Part shown: positions 10,647-21,288 of the stretch, piece after piece | Numbering within the stretch: position 1 is the first letter of the stretch | Layout of the letters: the number at the start of each line of letters is the position of its first letter | Source of the DNA: Halarcobacter sp. | GTDB taxonomy: Bacteria > Campylobacterota > Campylobacteria > Campylobacterales > Arcobacteraceae | Length of the DNA stretch: 64,000 nt | Reading direction: 5' to 3' | NCBI GenBank assembly: GCA_963676565.1 | Contig: OY781089.1 | Span: 576,001-640,000, forward strand | The notes under the pieces: generated by a model | What the model saw: the letters and a program-made list of their open reading frames with translations, nothing else | Told to the model about the DNA's origin: nothing | The model's database searches: none | Translations under genes and position numbers: made by a program

Positions 10647-11936
10647 ATGAAAGATAAAAAAATAGGACTTTTTGGCGCTGTTTCAATTGGTGTTGGTGGA
10701 ATGGTTGGAGGTGGTATCTTTGCTGTTTTAGGTGAAGCTGTTTCTTTTGCAAAGGGAGCTACTGTAATAGCTTTTTTATTAGCAGGGATAGTTGCTTTAT
10801 TAACTTCATATTCTTATGCAAAATTTTCTGTAAAGTTTCCAAGCCGTGGTGGAACAGTGGTTTTTGTAGATAATGCTTTCGGTCATAATCTATTATCTGG
10901 AAGTTTAAATTTAGTCTTGTGGATTAGTTATTTAGTTACAATCTCTTTATACTCTATAGCTTTTGCTTCCTATGCTCAAACTTTTTTCCCAACTTTAAAA
11001 GGGTTTTATTTAGAGCATATTTTAATCTCCCTTGCTATTTTAATACCCTCTTTTATAAATGTAGTAAGTGCAACTTTCGTAAGTCGTTCAGAACTTATTG
11101 TAGTTATTATAAAAGTTTTGTTGTTACTTTTAATTATCTTTACTAGTTTTACATATGTGGATAGTTCAAGAGTTGCCATAGAAAACTTTTCTGACCCTTT
11201 TTCTATCTTTGTAGCAGGTATGATTATATTTGTTGCCTATGAAGGCTTTGAGTTAATTGCAAACTCCTCTGAAGAGATTGAAAATCCAGAAAAAAATCTT
11301 CCAAGAGCCTTTTATATATCAGTTGTTTTGGTAATTGTTTTATACCTTTTAATTGCCTATATAACAGTTGGAACTGTGGATGAAAAACAACTACTTGAAG
11401 CAAAGGATTACGCTTTGGCTGTAGCTGCTAAACCTGCTTTAGGAAATATTGGTTTTATCCTTGTAACTATTGCAGCTTTATTGGCAACTTTTTCAGCTAT
11501 AAACGCAACAATCTATGGAAATGCAAGATTAGGTTTTACCTTGGCACGGGATGGTGAGTTACCTAAAAAATTAAATGAACAAAGAAATAATATTCCTTTT
11601 GCAGGGGTTGTCTCAACTGCACTTATTAGTTTGGTTATGGCAAATAGTATTGATATAACCAAAATAGCAATAATTGCAAGTGCAAGTTTTTTACTAATAT
11701 TTACAATAATAAATATAAGTGCTTTGAAGATGTATAAAGAACTAGAGGCAAATAAATATCTTCTTATTTTATCAAGCTTGGTTAGTTTTACGGCACTTTT
11801 TACACTTTTATATAATACCTATGAAAAAAATCTTAATGCATTGATAATATTTTGCTCTTTTCTTTTTTTCTCTATTATATTTGAGTTTTTTTATGGAAAA
11901 ATTGCTAGAAATGATAAGTTTTTAGAATCCAATTAG
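10647..11936 (+). CDS. APC-superfamily amino acid permease
   Basis: GVGGMVGGGIF, FVAYEGFE, about 12 hydrophobic segments. Confidence 0.9.
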   Translation: MKDKKIGLFGAVSIGVGGMVGGGIFAVLGEAVSFAKGATVIAFLLAGIVALLTSYSYAKFSVKFPSRGGTVVFVDNAFGHNLLSGSLNLVLWISYLVTISLYSIAFASYAQTFFPTLKGFYLEHILISLAILIPSFINVVSATFVSRSELIVVIIKVLLLLLIIFTSFTYVDSSRVAIENFSDPFSIFVAGMIIFVAYEGFELIANSSEEIENPEKNLPRAFYISVVLVIVLYLLIAYITVGTVDEKQLLEAKDYALAVAAKPALGNIGFILVTIAALLATFSAINATIYGNARLGFTLARDGELPKKLNEQRNNIPFAGVVSTALISLVMANSIDITKIAIIASASFLLIFTIINISALKMYKELEANKYLLILSSLVSFTALFTLLYNTYEKNLNALIIFCSFLFFSIIFEFFYGKIARNDKFLESN

Positions 11937-11950
11937 TAGCATATTTTCTA

Positions 11951-14197
11951 CTAATTGAAACTTTTGTGATAATATCTATTTAAATCAAAAAGCCCTGCTC
12001 TATTAGGATTTATCTCATAAAATTTATTTTGAAACCAGTCAAATGTTTCCCAAAAGTTTTTATCACTTCTTCTAATAAAGAATTTTTTCAGATTCTCTTC
12101 ATTTTCATTATAATTTAACAAGATATTGAAAAATTCACTTATTTCATCCTCTTCAACTACAACAAAATAGTTTGGATAAGAGCCAATAAAACCTTCAATT
12201 ATGTTAATATTGTCTTTATTTTTATCTAATCTTTCATCCTCTTCAAACATAAAAGCAACATTATCATGCCATCTATTTATTACAGCAGTATAAATTAAGT
12301 CTTGTGTTTTTAGTTTAAATCGTATATAAAAAAGATTGAAATTTGTACTTGAGAACTCTTTATATTTTTTTAGATTGTCAACTAAAGTTAGTTTTTTCAA
12401 AGCTTGTTCAATATCTTTTTTATTTGAGTATTTGTCTAAAATAGGAGTTTCTAGATACTTTTCTTCAATAAAATTGATTTTATCTTTTTTTGTATTTGTT
12501 CTTTTTAAAATTTTTTCTATAAACTCTTCTTTGTAGTTTTTTGTTTCATATTTTATTGCAGTTTCATTCGATGATGGTGTGTATGTTACAAAATATTTTG
12601 CAAGAAAACCTTGGTACCAACTATCAAAAATCTCTTTTCTTGAGTTTTTAGGAAGATATTCTAAAAAGTTACTCTCACCTTCTATTCGAAGTCTATCCAT
12701 ATATTTTCTAACTAAAACTTTATGTTGAGTATTTCCAAAAACATCAAAACCTGCAACAAGTGAATAATATAACCTTTCAAGTAGTGGATAATCAATTATC
12801 CACATAGTCCTAGGCATATTTCCCAAGGCTCCCTTGTGAACAGAAGCTGAGTCAAAATGTCTATAAATAGTTAAAATTGCATCATTATCTTCTTTATTTA
12901 CATCATTTCCTTTCCAAATAGAGTCAAGATCTAGAGTTTTATTTTTGTAAATTTTGTTCTTATTTTCATAATATTCAATTGTTTCATTATCATATTTAAT
13001 AAAATTAAAACTTTTTACTAATGGAGTATTAGCACCATATTTATTTGGTAAGTTTAGATTTGAAGAATTCTCTTTTAAAAATTTTTTATTTAAAATTGTT
13101 TCATCATATTTTGGGTCTTTAAAGGCAATCCAAAAGTGATCATTTATCACATTTAATGCAATTTGTCCTTTGCAAACAGGTCCTCTAATAAAGGTCATTA
13201 TAAAGTAGTGAATATCATCAAGCAAAAATTGATATCTTGATTCTGCAGGGATTTGATTAAATGCAATTAGAGCATTTGAAGCAATTTTTGGTTCATAACT
13301 AATATTTTGTGTGGGGAACCATTTTTTATCTATAAATAACTCTTTATATCTTTTTATTTTCTTATCATCAATTTCATAAACCATATGGGTTTTATGAACT
13401 ATTGTAGAGCTAATCTTTCTAAAATTATAATAAAATTTTTTCTTAGGATCATCGTATGGAAGTCTTGTACTTACAGGTATTTTCCCTTCTTTATCATAGC
13501 TTCTTTGAATTTGATAAAAACCATCAGAAGAGCTAAATTTTATATGGGCTAAAAAAAGATGTTCATAGATATATCTTGCAGAGATTTTATGTTTCATATC
13601 TTTTCTATTTAGAAACTCTTCAAGTTCTTTTAGTTGTTTAGGGTATTCTAAATCTTTTTTTCTATCATCTAATGAACCATCTTTTAACCATTTTGTTATT
13701 ATCTTATGCTCTTTTTTTGACAAAGCTGGAAATCCATAGGGCATTCCATGGTAAGGATTTTCTTCAAGATATTTTTCTAATTCATCCAAGTCCTTTGGGC
13801 AAGTCAAATCATCAAGTTCTGGGGCATAATCACCTTTGCTAATTGGAAGTTTTTGTTTTTGTTCTAAAAAAAGGCTCATAATACTAGTATTATTTTCATC
13901 AAGTGGTTTAGTAATAGAATAAAAACCCTTATCTCTCCACTCTTTTTCATCTAGTGCATCAACAAATAATCTTGTTGGCTCAATTGGTTCTATCCTATTT
14001 TCATAAATTGCAGTTTTAGTTCCACCTCTTTTAATTCCTTCAAATGAACTAAATTTCGTTTGGCAAGGTGAGTTATAACAAGAGTGGCATACAACACATC
14101 TATTATCTAAAATAGGTTTTACATCATTTTCAAATGATATTGGTTTAGCATATAAAAATAAACTAAATAGAAAAAATACAAGTATTCTATAAATCAT
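11951..14197 (-). CDS. cti: Fatty acid cis/trans isomerase (heme c protein)
   Basis: Signal peptide, RCVVCHSCYNSPCQ, YIYEHLFLAH, FIRGPVCKGQIALNVI, GLFDLNRY. Confidence 0.9.
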   Translation of the reverse strand: MIYRILVFFLFSLFLYAKPISFENDVKPILDNRCVVCHSCYNSPCQTKFSSFEGIKRGGTKTAIYENRIEPIEPTRLFVDALDEKEWRDKGFYSITKPLDENNTSIMSLFLEQKQKLPISKGDYAPELDDLTCPKDLDELEKYLEENPYHGMPYGFPALSKKEHKIITKWLKDGSLDDRKKDLEYPKQLKELEEFLNRKDMKHKISARYIYEHLFLAHIKFSSSDGFYQIQRSYDKEGKIPVSTRLPYDDPKKKFYYNFRKISSTIVHKTHMVYEIDDKKIKRYKELFIDKKWFPTQNISYEPKIASNALIAFNQIPAESRYQFLLDDIHYFIMTFIRGPVCKGQIALNVINDHFWIAFKDPKYDETILNKKFLKENSSNLNLPNKYGANTPLVKSFNFIKYDNETIEYYENKNKIYKNKTLDLDSIWKGNDVNKEDNDAILTIYRHFDSASVHKGALGNMPRTMWIIDYPLLERLYYSLVAGFDVFGNTQHKVLVRKYMDRLRIEGESNFLEYLPKNSRKEIFDSWYQGFLAKYFVTYTPSSNETAIKYETKNYKEEFIEKILKRTNTKKDKINFIEEKYLETPILDKYSNKKDIEQALKKLTLVDNLKKYKEFSSTNFNLFYIRFKLKTQDLIYTAVINRWHDNVAFMFEEDERLDKNKDNINIIEGFIGSYPNYFVVVEEDEISEFFNILLNYNENEENLKKFFIRRSDKNFWETFDWFQNKFYEINPNRAGLFDLNRYYHKSFN

Positions 14198-14239
14198 TAA
14201 TAGTCCTTCAAAGTAATACTTGATTATATCATAGAAATA

Positions 14240-14632
14240 TTATGCTAAAGGGTCTTCTCCTGTAGCCCATTTATCTAGGTATTTTTCTATTAAATGAAAA
14301 TCTTCCCCTGTATGTTGTGTAAAAGTAATATATTGGTTTCTATTATCAACTTTGAATATTTCATTTACAATTGCCATATATCTTAACGCTAATTCTCTTC
14401 TTTGTTGAATTGTTCGCCCTTCCCTAATATCTAAGTTCATTAAACAAATATCATCATTTGGATTTGCTCGCCCTATTGTAAGATTATATTTTTCATACTC
14501 TCTAATACTTATTGCTATATGGTCAGTTCCTGTATCCATAATTTCAGAAAAGGTTTTTCTTATCTCTTTAACAAAATTTTCTTTTGTCTCTTGTGATAGT
14601 TTTTTATTTACTTCGAATTGCAAGTGGGGCAT
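14240..14632 (-). CDS. Tautomerase-superfamily protein
   Basis: N-terminal M-Pro-His; GRTIQQR; size fits two beta-alpha-beta units. Confidence 0.7.
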   Translation of the reverse strand: MPHLQFEVNKKLSQETKENFVKEIRKTFSEIMDTGTDHIAISIREYEKYNLTIGRANPNDDICLMNLDIREGRTIQQRRELALRYMAIVNEIFKVDNRNQYITFTQHTGEDFHLIEKYLDKWATGEDPLA

Positions 14633-14810
14633 AAAAACTCCTTTTTTAAATCATCTTATAATTATTCTAAAAATTATTTGAATAATTAATTTAAATCAAT
14701 ATTTTTTGTTAAATTTAAGAATATACTGAAAAATGTCTCATTTTTTCATGAATATTAATTCATAACGGTATATAATTTGCATTAGATTTAATAAAATTTT
14801 AGGATAAATA

Positions 14811-15146
14811 ATGAATTTAGAACTGAACCAAACAAGTCAATTATTAGAAATAGCAAAAACGAGTACTTGCCCAATCGAACTTGAAAAACTACACGATTGT
14901 AGTAGTATGAATGTAAGAAGAGCAGTAGCAAGAAATACAAATATTACCACTGAAATTGCAAACAAATTAGTAAATGATCCAGTTTTAAATGTAAGTTTTA
15001 TGGCCTCAAAAAATCCAAAGGCTAGTATAAAAAAAGATTTTGATGAAAATAGTTTAAATCATTGTGTTTTATGTGAAGAGGATGAAAGAAATATGAATTG
15101 TTCACAATGCTATGAAGCAAATAATTGGACTTTGTTAAATAGTTAA
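14811..15146 (+). CDS. Hypothetical protein with LRV-like helical repeats and a C-terminal CxxC-x8-CxxC
   Basis: VRRAVARNTN and VSFMASKNP repeats; CVLC...CSQC; AGGA SD. Confidence 0.6.
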   Translation: MNLELNQTSQLLEIAKTSTCPIELEKLHDCSSMNVRRAVARNTNITTEIANKLVNDPVLNVSFMASKNPKASIKKDFDENSLNHCVLCEEDERNMNCSQCYEANNWTLLNS

Positions 15147-16003
15147 TTTTTTTCTTTTAAACTTATAAAAATACCACCTAAAACTAATATAGTTGAAACA
15201 ATTAAACTTATAGTTAATTTTTCATCTAAAAAAAGTATGCTTATAAAAATTGATATAACAGGTACAAGAAGTTGTAGAACGCTTGCTGTTACTATTTTTA
15301 AATCTTTTAAAACAAAATACCAAATAGAATAACCTAAACCAGAAGCAATAGCACCCGATAAAAATGCCCAAAATAAACCAGTTGATGTAATGTTTAAATC
15401 ATCAATAAAAAGTAAAACAAAGAAAATAGTGATAATAAATGCTTTAAAAAAATTGTTTGAAGTATCTTTTATGGCATTCGTACTACTTCTACCTAACAAG
15501 GTATAAAAAGCCCAAGCAAATCCTGCTATTACCATTAAAATAAAATGAAAGATTGAGATTGAAAAATCTTTACTTGGATAGAGTAAAAAAAACAATCCAC
15601 CTAAAGCTAAAGTGATTCCTAGTAGTTTTTTTAATCCGAATCTCTCTTTTTTTATAAAAGCAAAAAGTACCATTGTTATTTGAACAACTGCAAATAAAAC
15701 TAAAGCCCCAATACCTGCATCTAAACTAATATATGAAAATGAAAAACAAATTGCATATAAAAAAAGAAAAAATCCATTTAACCAATTGCTTTTTAAATCT
15801 AAGGTGTTTTTTTTATTTATAAAAAGAGATATTAAAAATAGTGTAATAACTCCAAAAAAAAGTCTAAAAAAACTAAAAGAATAAGGGTCTATAGAGTTAT
15901 TTTGTAAAGCAGCCTTACAAAATATTGAATTCAATGAGAAAAAAAGTATTGTTAAAGTGCTAAGTAAAAAAAGGTTTTGATTAACTAATTTTTTTACTAA
16001 CAC
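15143..16003 (-). CDS. DMT/EamA family transporter
   Basis: About 10 hydrophobic segments, duplicated EamA pattern. Confidence 0.85.
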   Translation of the reverse strand: MLVKKLVNQNLFLLSTLTILFFSLNSIFCKAALQNNSIDPYSFSFFRLFFGVITLFLISLFINKKNTLDLKSNWLNGFFLFLYAICFSFSYISLDAGIGALVLFAVVQITMVLFAFIKKERFGLKKLLGITLALGGLFFLLYPSKDFSISIFHFILMVIAGFAWAFYTLLGRSSTNAIKDTSNNFFKAFIITIFFVLLFIDDLNITSTGLFWAFLSGAIASGLGYSIWYFVLKDLKIVTASVLQLLVPVISIFISILFLDEKLTISLIVSTILVLGGIFISLKEKN

Positions 16004-16012
16004 AATATTAAC

Positions 16013-17038
16013 TTAGTGTTTAAACTCTGGATTTTTTTTGAAATATTCTTCCACTTTGTCAGTATGGGCATAAATTTTTCCAGTCCTTTTTAAATAAGAG
16101 TTCACAATATGGTAACCATGATTAAGTGCAGTTACAATTGAACCACCAGTATTAAATGCAATATCTCCTGCAACATACATACCTTTTACATTTGTTCTGT
16201 AGTGCTCATCATATATTGGTTTTCCTTTATCATCAGTTTGGATACCAACTTTTTTAAGAAAATCAACGGGTGATGTTCCACCAATTGCATAGATAATTCT
16301 ATCATATATTGTGTAGTAACCATCATTAAAATTAACTTTTACTTTTCCATGTTCATTTTCCAAAGATTCAATATCTGTACCTAACCTTAGTCTTAATTTC
16401 TCTTGACCATTGTATTGATACAAAATATCTTCATTTTCAGGATTAAGTCTTGTAAATTCATCTTTTCTGTAAACTAAAGTTATGGTGTTGTTTTCATCAG
16501 CTAACTCATAGGCATACTCTGCTGCACTATTCCCCCCTCCAACAACAAGTATTTTTTCCCCTTCACTACATTTATCTAAATTAAAATTTACAAACTCTTT
16601 TATTGAAGGTGGTATTCTATAACTTGGTTTATTTGGTTTTCCCATTTTTCCAATTGTTATTACTACAGCTTTTGCTTTAAATCCTTGAGTAGCCGTTGAA
16701 ATTTGAAAAATTCCATCTTCATCTTTTTGTATGTTTTCTACCTCTGTATTAAATGCTGTGTCGATTTTTTCATAATCCAAAAGTTGGTCAAAAAAGTTTA
16801 GAGTTGTCTCTTTTGTTCCATCCATAAATGGAATATTACCTTCAATCTCTACTGTTTGACCCTTCCAATCTTTATCAACTCGTTTATTATCTTTATAAAA
16901 TTTTCTAATAGTACTTGAGTGATTATCTGCCTTGTCAATTAGTAGTATTCTCTCTACTCCATGTACCGCTGCTTCCACTGCAGTACCTATACCTCCAGGC
17001 CCTCCACCAATAATGGCAATATCATAAGTTGTATTCAT
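16013..17038 (-). CDS. fqrB: FqrB-like flavoprotein reductase (thioredoxin-reductase fold)
   Basis: GGGPGG, FYKDNKRVDK, DGTKETT, IGKMGKPNKP, GGGNSAAEYA resemble Campylobacter/Helicobacter FqrB; no CxxC. Confidence 0.75.
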   Translation of the reverse strand: MNTTYDIAIIGGGPGGIGTAVEAAVHGVERILLIDKADNHSSTIRKFYKDNKRVDKDWKGQTVEIEGNIPFMDGTKETTLNFFDQLLDYEKIDTAFNTEVENIQKDEDGIFQISTATQGFKAKAVVITIGKMGKPNKPSYRIPPSIKEFVNFNLDKCSEGEKILVVGGGNSAAEYAYELADENNTITLVYRKDEFTRLNPENEDILYQYNGQEKLRLRLGTDIESLENEHGKVKVNFNDGYYTIYDRIIYAIGGTSPVDFLKKVGIQTDDKGKPIYDEHYRTNVKGMYVAGDIAFNTGGSIVTALNHGYHIVNSYLKRTGKIYAHTDKVEEYFKKNPEFKH

Positions 17039-17205
17039 CAGTCTTTCCCCAAAGTGTGAATTTTGACAACTATTATACTATAAACTATTCTTATAAAAAG
17101 GTTTTAAAAATTTATTAAGATATTTATCTAAATTATGTAAGTAAAATTATGATAAAATGGCACTTTTAACAAAAATGGATTTAATATTAAAAGGATAAGA
17201 ATATA

Positions 17206-17583
17206 ATGAAATATGGTGAAAAAGAGATTGTTGAATTTGACATCAACAATGAAGAAAACTTCTGGCCAAATAAAAATGAAAAAAACTATGTAATAAAAAT
17301 CGAGTTACCAGAGTTTATGGCAAAATGTCCAAGAAGTGGATACCCAGATTTTGCAACAATTTATTTAGAATATACACCAGATAAATTAGTTATAGAATTA
17401 AAAGCATTGAAAATCTATATCAACTCGTTTATGCTTAGAGAAGTTTCTCATGAAAATAGTGCAAATGAAATCTTTGATACACTTTATGAAAAATTACAAC
17501 CAAAATGGATGAAAGTTGTAGCAGACTTCAAACCACGTGGAAACGTACACACTGTTATAGAAATAGACAGCGACAAAATGTAA
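17206..17583 (+). CDS. queF: preQ0 reductase QueF (short type)
   Basis: PEF..KCP.SGYPDFA, ELKALKIY, SHE, PRG. Confidence 0.92.
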   Translation: MKYGEKEIVEFDINNEENFWPNKNEKNYVIKIELPEFMAKCPRSGYPDFATIYLEYTPDKLVIELKALKIYINSFMLREVSHENSANEIFDTLYEKLQPKWMKVVADFKPRGNVHTVIEIDSDKM

Positions 17584-17591
17584 GGCATATT

Positions 17592-18239
17592 TTGGAGAGA
17601 TTAGTTACTACAGCACAAGCTGCTGAAATATTAGGGATTTCTCTCCAAGGTGTACATTATAGAATTAAAAAAAACCAATTAAAATCTATCAAAAAGTCGG
17701 GTAAGACTTATGTCTATATAAACGATACCAAAAAAATCTCTCCAACTGTTACAAACTCTGAAGAAGAACCAAAAGTTGAAATGATTACTTTTAAAGAAAC
17801 TATAAAAGAAGTAGTTAAAGCAAAAGATGAACAGATTTTATTATTGAAAAAATCTATTAAATGGATGAGAAAACAGCATGGGGCAGAGATTTTAAGATTA
17901 GAAAATAATCAAAAAAGAATTATTGGTGTTTTTAATAGGGAGATTGAACTTTTGCAAAGTGCTTTTAATGAGATGCGTTCAATATATAAACCCCAACTTT
18001 TAAACCAGCAAGAAAACAAAGAAAAAACTCAAGAGAAAACTAAAGAAAGTTTTAACGAAAAAGAAAAGTTTATCTCTATTGTTGATTTTACTTTATATCT
18101 AAAAAGACACAATAAAAGTGAAAGAGAGATAAAACTTATAATAATGAAAGCTATTGAACGAAAAGATTCAAGATTTATCTTTAATAAAAAAGATAAAAAA
18201 CTTTTGATCTTAAATGAAGACTTTTCCGATTTAATATAG
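17592..18239 (+). CDS. HTH DNA-binding protein with coiled coil
   Basis: TTAQAAEILGISLQGVHYRIKK helix-turn-helix; TTG start at 17592 after AAGG. Confidence 0.7.
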   Translation: MERLVTTAQAAEILGISLQGVHYRIKKNQLKSIKKSGKTYVYINDTKKISPTVTNSEEEPKVEMITFKETIKEVVKAKDEQILLLKKSIKWMRKQHGAEILRLENNQKRIIGVFNREIELLQSAFNEMRSIYKPQLLNQQENKEKTQEKTKESFNEKEKFISIVDFTLYLKRHNKSEREIKLIIMKAIERKDSRFIFNKKDKKLLILNEDFSDLI

Positions 18240-18270
18240 TAAATGCCACGTTTATATCATTTTGATTTTT

Positions 18271-18380
18271 TATACTTCGTTTATATAAAGTAAATATTTA
18301 TCTTAAGAGCGTATGTAATTTCACTTTTCATGTACTCTCCTTTTCCCCCTCATACATTTTTTGATAAATATTTAACTTTA
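18271..18380. ncRNA. Candidate structured small RNA or micro-ORF locus
   Basis: TATACT at 18271; inverted repeat 18286-18302/18363-18380; C/U-rich loop. Confidence 0.35.
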
Positions 18381-18419
18381 TTTGGTTATCATTCAGAAAA
18401 TTCAAGGCAGTGATTACCT

Positions 18420-19772
18420 ATGACAACTAAATCAAAACATCTTTTAACTGATGATATCCCATCACTTTTAAAACAAATAGCAATCCCTGCAAGTACAGGA
18501 ATGTTTTTTAATACAATGTATAATGTAGTTGATACATTTTACGCTGGACTTATTTCAACCCAAGCAATCTCAGCCTTATCTTTATCTTTTATGATATTTT
18601 TTACTATTATTGGACTTGGATATGGATTCTCTTCAGCAATTACTGCTTTAATAGGAAATGCATCAGGAAAAAGTAAAAAGTTTTTAGCCTCATTATATGC
18701 CCATAAAGGGATATTTTTTATGCAAATTTTAGCAGTAGCCCTAACTATTATAGGGTTTATAATATCTCCTTATTTATTTGAGATATTAGGGGCTAGTGGT
18801 GAGTATTTAGAAACCTCATTAAACTATATAAATGTAATACTTGCAGGAACAGTTTTCTTTATGACAAATTTTGCATTAAATGCGATTTTAGTTTCACAAG
18901 GGGATACAAAGTCTTATAGAAATACATTGATTTTTGGTTTCTTTGCAAATTTAATTTTAAATCCACTTTTTATCTATGGCTTTTGGTTTATCCCTGCAAT
19001 GGGAATTTCAGGAATTGCCTTTGCAACAGTATTAATCCAAGTTTTAAACAATATTTATATGCTAAAAAAGGTTTTAGAAACAAAACTTATTCATTTTGAA
19101 AATTTAAAATACTTCTATCCCCATTTAAAAATCTACAAAGATTTTATAATTCAAGGTATTCCATCTTCAATGAATATGCTTATTATGGCAATTGGTTCTA
19201 TCATTTTGATGTATTTTGTAACTTTATATGGAGTTAAAGCAGTTGCTGGATATGGAATAGGGTTTAGGGTTGAACAACTTATGCTTTTACCTGCCCTTGG
19301 GCTTAGTTCTGCTGTTTTGTCTATCATATCAAACAATTATGGTGCAAAAAAGTATGATAGGGTTCAAGATACTTTAAATACAGCATTAAAGTATGGTTTT
19401 TATATTTCAACTTTTGGGATTATCTTTTTATATATATTTGGGAAACTAATCATTTCACAATTTGATTCAGATGCAGAGGTTATTAGATATGGTCTTGATT
19501 ATTTACTTGTTGAAGTTTGGATATTTTATGCTTATGTAATTTTATTTATTTGTGTTTCAACTTTACAAGCTATAAAAAAACCTAAAATGATTTTGTATAT
19601 TGCTTTATATAGACAGATTATTGCAAAATATTTAGTTGCTTATATCTTAGTAGTATGGCTTGCTTTGGACTATTTTTATCTATGGTTTGGGGTTTTAGTT
19701 ATGATTTATTCTGCTGCTATATTTGCTTACTTTTATACTCAAAATCTACTAAAAAAAGTACATGTCAAATAA
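18420..19772 (+). CDS. MATE family efflux transporter
   Basis: YNVVDTFYAG, NLILNPLFI, GISGIAFAT; about 12 TM. Confidence 0.92.
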   Translation: MTTKSKHLLTDDIPSLLKQIAIPASTGMFFNTMYNVVDTFYAGLISTQAISALSLSFMIFFTIIGLGYGFSSAITALIGNASGKSKKFLASLYAHKGIFFMQILAVALTIIGFIISPYLFEILGASGEYLETSLNYINVILAGTVFFMTNFALNAILVSQGDTKSYRNTLIFGFFANLILNPLFIYGFWFIPAMGISGIAFATVLIQVLNNIYMLKKVLETKLIHFENLKYFYPHLKIYKDFIIQGIPSSMNMLIMAIGSIILMYFVTLYGVKAVAGYGIGFRVEQLMLLPALGLSSAVLSIISNNYGAKKYDRVQDTLNTALKYGFYISTFGIIFLYIFGKLIISQFDSDAEVIRYGLDYLLVEVWIFYAYVILFICVSTLQAIKKPKMILYIALYRQIIAKYLVAYILVVWLALDYFYLWFGVLVMIYSAAIFAYFYTQNLLKKVHVK

Positions 19773-20460
19773 AAACCTTATTTATATACAACTCATTTAG
19801 TGCAGGGGCTAACAAGTTTTTAGCCTCTTTAAAATCTATATCATTTTCTTTACAAAGTTGTTTTAGGATTTTTCCAATAGTTTGTTTAGTATCAACTCTT
19901 TTAAACAATTCAAAAATTAATTGATTTATCTCTCTATATACTACATCATCAGCTTTAAAATCATAATAAATTACTAAGAAATTGTCTCTTTTTTCTTGAA
20001 TGTTTTTATTAATAATATCATATGTAAAAGCTCTAAATTTAGCACTTTTAGAAAGTTTATATCTATTTTTATAAGAAAAATTTCCTTTATTATAGATTTT
20101 GTACTCTTTCATAAAAAGTTCAATCTCTATCCAATCATAATACATAAGTTCATACAAATATTTTTTATTTTTAAAAGCTTTTATTCTCTTAACAAATTTT
20201 TTAAAATCTTTAGGAATTTTCCAAATAAAAGGAGAATAGGGGGTGTTTTTCATAAACTTATTGATTAATTCAATTAAGGTTTTTTGATTAATATTTTCTA
20301 TTAAAAGGGGGAATGAGTTCTTTATAACCTCTTCATACCTTGTGAAGACAAGTTTTTGATAAACTTCTATATTTGTGTTTTCATAACCTTTTTCTTGTTT
20401 TACTAAAATGTCAAAGAATCTATTTTGAATATCTTTTTCTAAACTATTATTTTTTGGCAT
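19765..20460 (-). CDS. DUF2063-family MNIO partner protein (HvfC/BufC-like)
   Basis: EVYQKLV..RY...IKNSFP, ELMYYDWIE; overlaps the DUF692 gene. Confidence 0.75.
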   Translation of the reverse strand: MPKNNSLEKDIQNRFFDILVKQEKGYENTNIEVYQKLVFTRYEEVIKNSFPLLIENINQKTLIELINKFMKNTPYSPFIWKIPKDFKKFVKRIKAFKNKKYLYELMYYDWIEIELFMKEYKIYNKGNFSYKNRYKLSKSAKFRAFTYDIINKNIQEKRDNFLVIYYDFKADDVVYREINQLIFELFKRVDTKQTIGKILKQLCKENDIDFKEAKNLLAPALNELYINKVFI

Positions 20461-21274
20461 CTCTAACTCTTTTTACAATCTCTTCCATCTGATTATATTC
20501 TATTTCAAGTTCACTTAGTGGTGGAATATTATTATCTCTTTCAATCATAACTGGGGCATCAATTTGCTTAAGTGTATACTCTAAAAGTTTCCAAACTCCA
20601 GAGCATATAGGCATCCCATGGGAATCAATTTTTAACTTTGATTCTTCATCATTATAATGTCCAGCCATATGCATATAGGCAATTTTGCTTTTATCTATTT
20701 CATCTATAAATTTTCTAGCTTTAAAGCCATGATTAACAGAGTTTACAAATACATTGTTTACATCCAAAAGCATTTTTGCACCAGATTTTTCAAATACTTC
20801 ATTAATAAAATCAACTTCTCTCATTTCTGCATAAGGAGTATAATAATAAGTGGCATTTTCAAGTATCAAATTTCTTTGAATAATATCCTCAACTTCTTTT
20901 ATTTTATCACTTATAAAATTAACCATATTTTTTGTCATAGGAACAGGAAGTAATTCATAGGATTGTTTTCCTTCAAGTGAGGAAAAAGAAAGATGTTCAG
21001 AATAGTATTCTATATTATATCTGTCTAAAAAAGTTTTGATCTGTTTGACAAACTTTTTATTTAGCTTGTCAACAGAACCAATAGATAATGATAATCCGTG
21101 GGCTACAGTTGGTCTAGAATTAACTGCTTGCTCAAATGCTTTTTCATAAAGTTTTGGCATATGCATCCAGTTTTCAGGAGTTACCTCCCACCAATCTGGT
21201 TGAAATTTACTCTTTTTTATATCAAGTAAAAAATCACTTCTTAAACCTAAACCGCAACCATTAAGATTTATCAT
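20447..21274 (-). CDS. DUF692 multinuclear non-heme iron oxidative enzyme (MNIO)
   Basis: GLGLR, EVTPENW, HGLSLSIG, SEHLSF, LEN, LLDVNNVFVN, HMAGH, IDSHG, IERD. Confidence 0.92.
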   Translation of the reverse strand: MINLNGCGLGLRSDFLLDIKKSKFQPDWWEVTPENWMHMPKLYEKAFEQAVNSRPTVAHGLSLSIGSVDKLNKKFVKQIKTFLDRYNIEYYSEHLSFSSLEGKQSYELLPVPMTKNMVNFISDKIKEVEDIIQRNLILENATYYYTPYAEMREVDFINEVFEKSGAKMLLDVNNVFVNSVNHGFKARKFIDEIDKSKIAYMHMAGHYNDEESKLKIDSHGMPICSGVWKLLEYTLKQIDAPVMIERDNNIPPLSELEIEYNQMEEIVKRVRDAKK

Positions 21275-21288
21275 TATTGTTCACCATT

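Noticed and set aside
17505..17591. ORF-track N-terminal extension of the HTH protein
   Set aside because: It overlaps queF; the TTG at 17592 has an SD and directly precedes the HTH.
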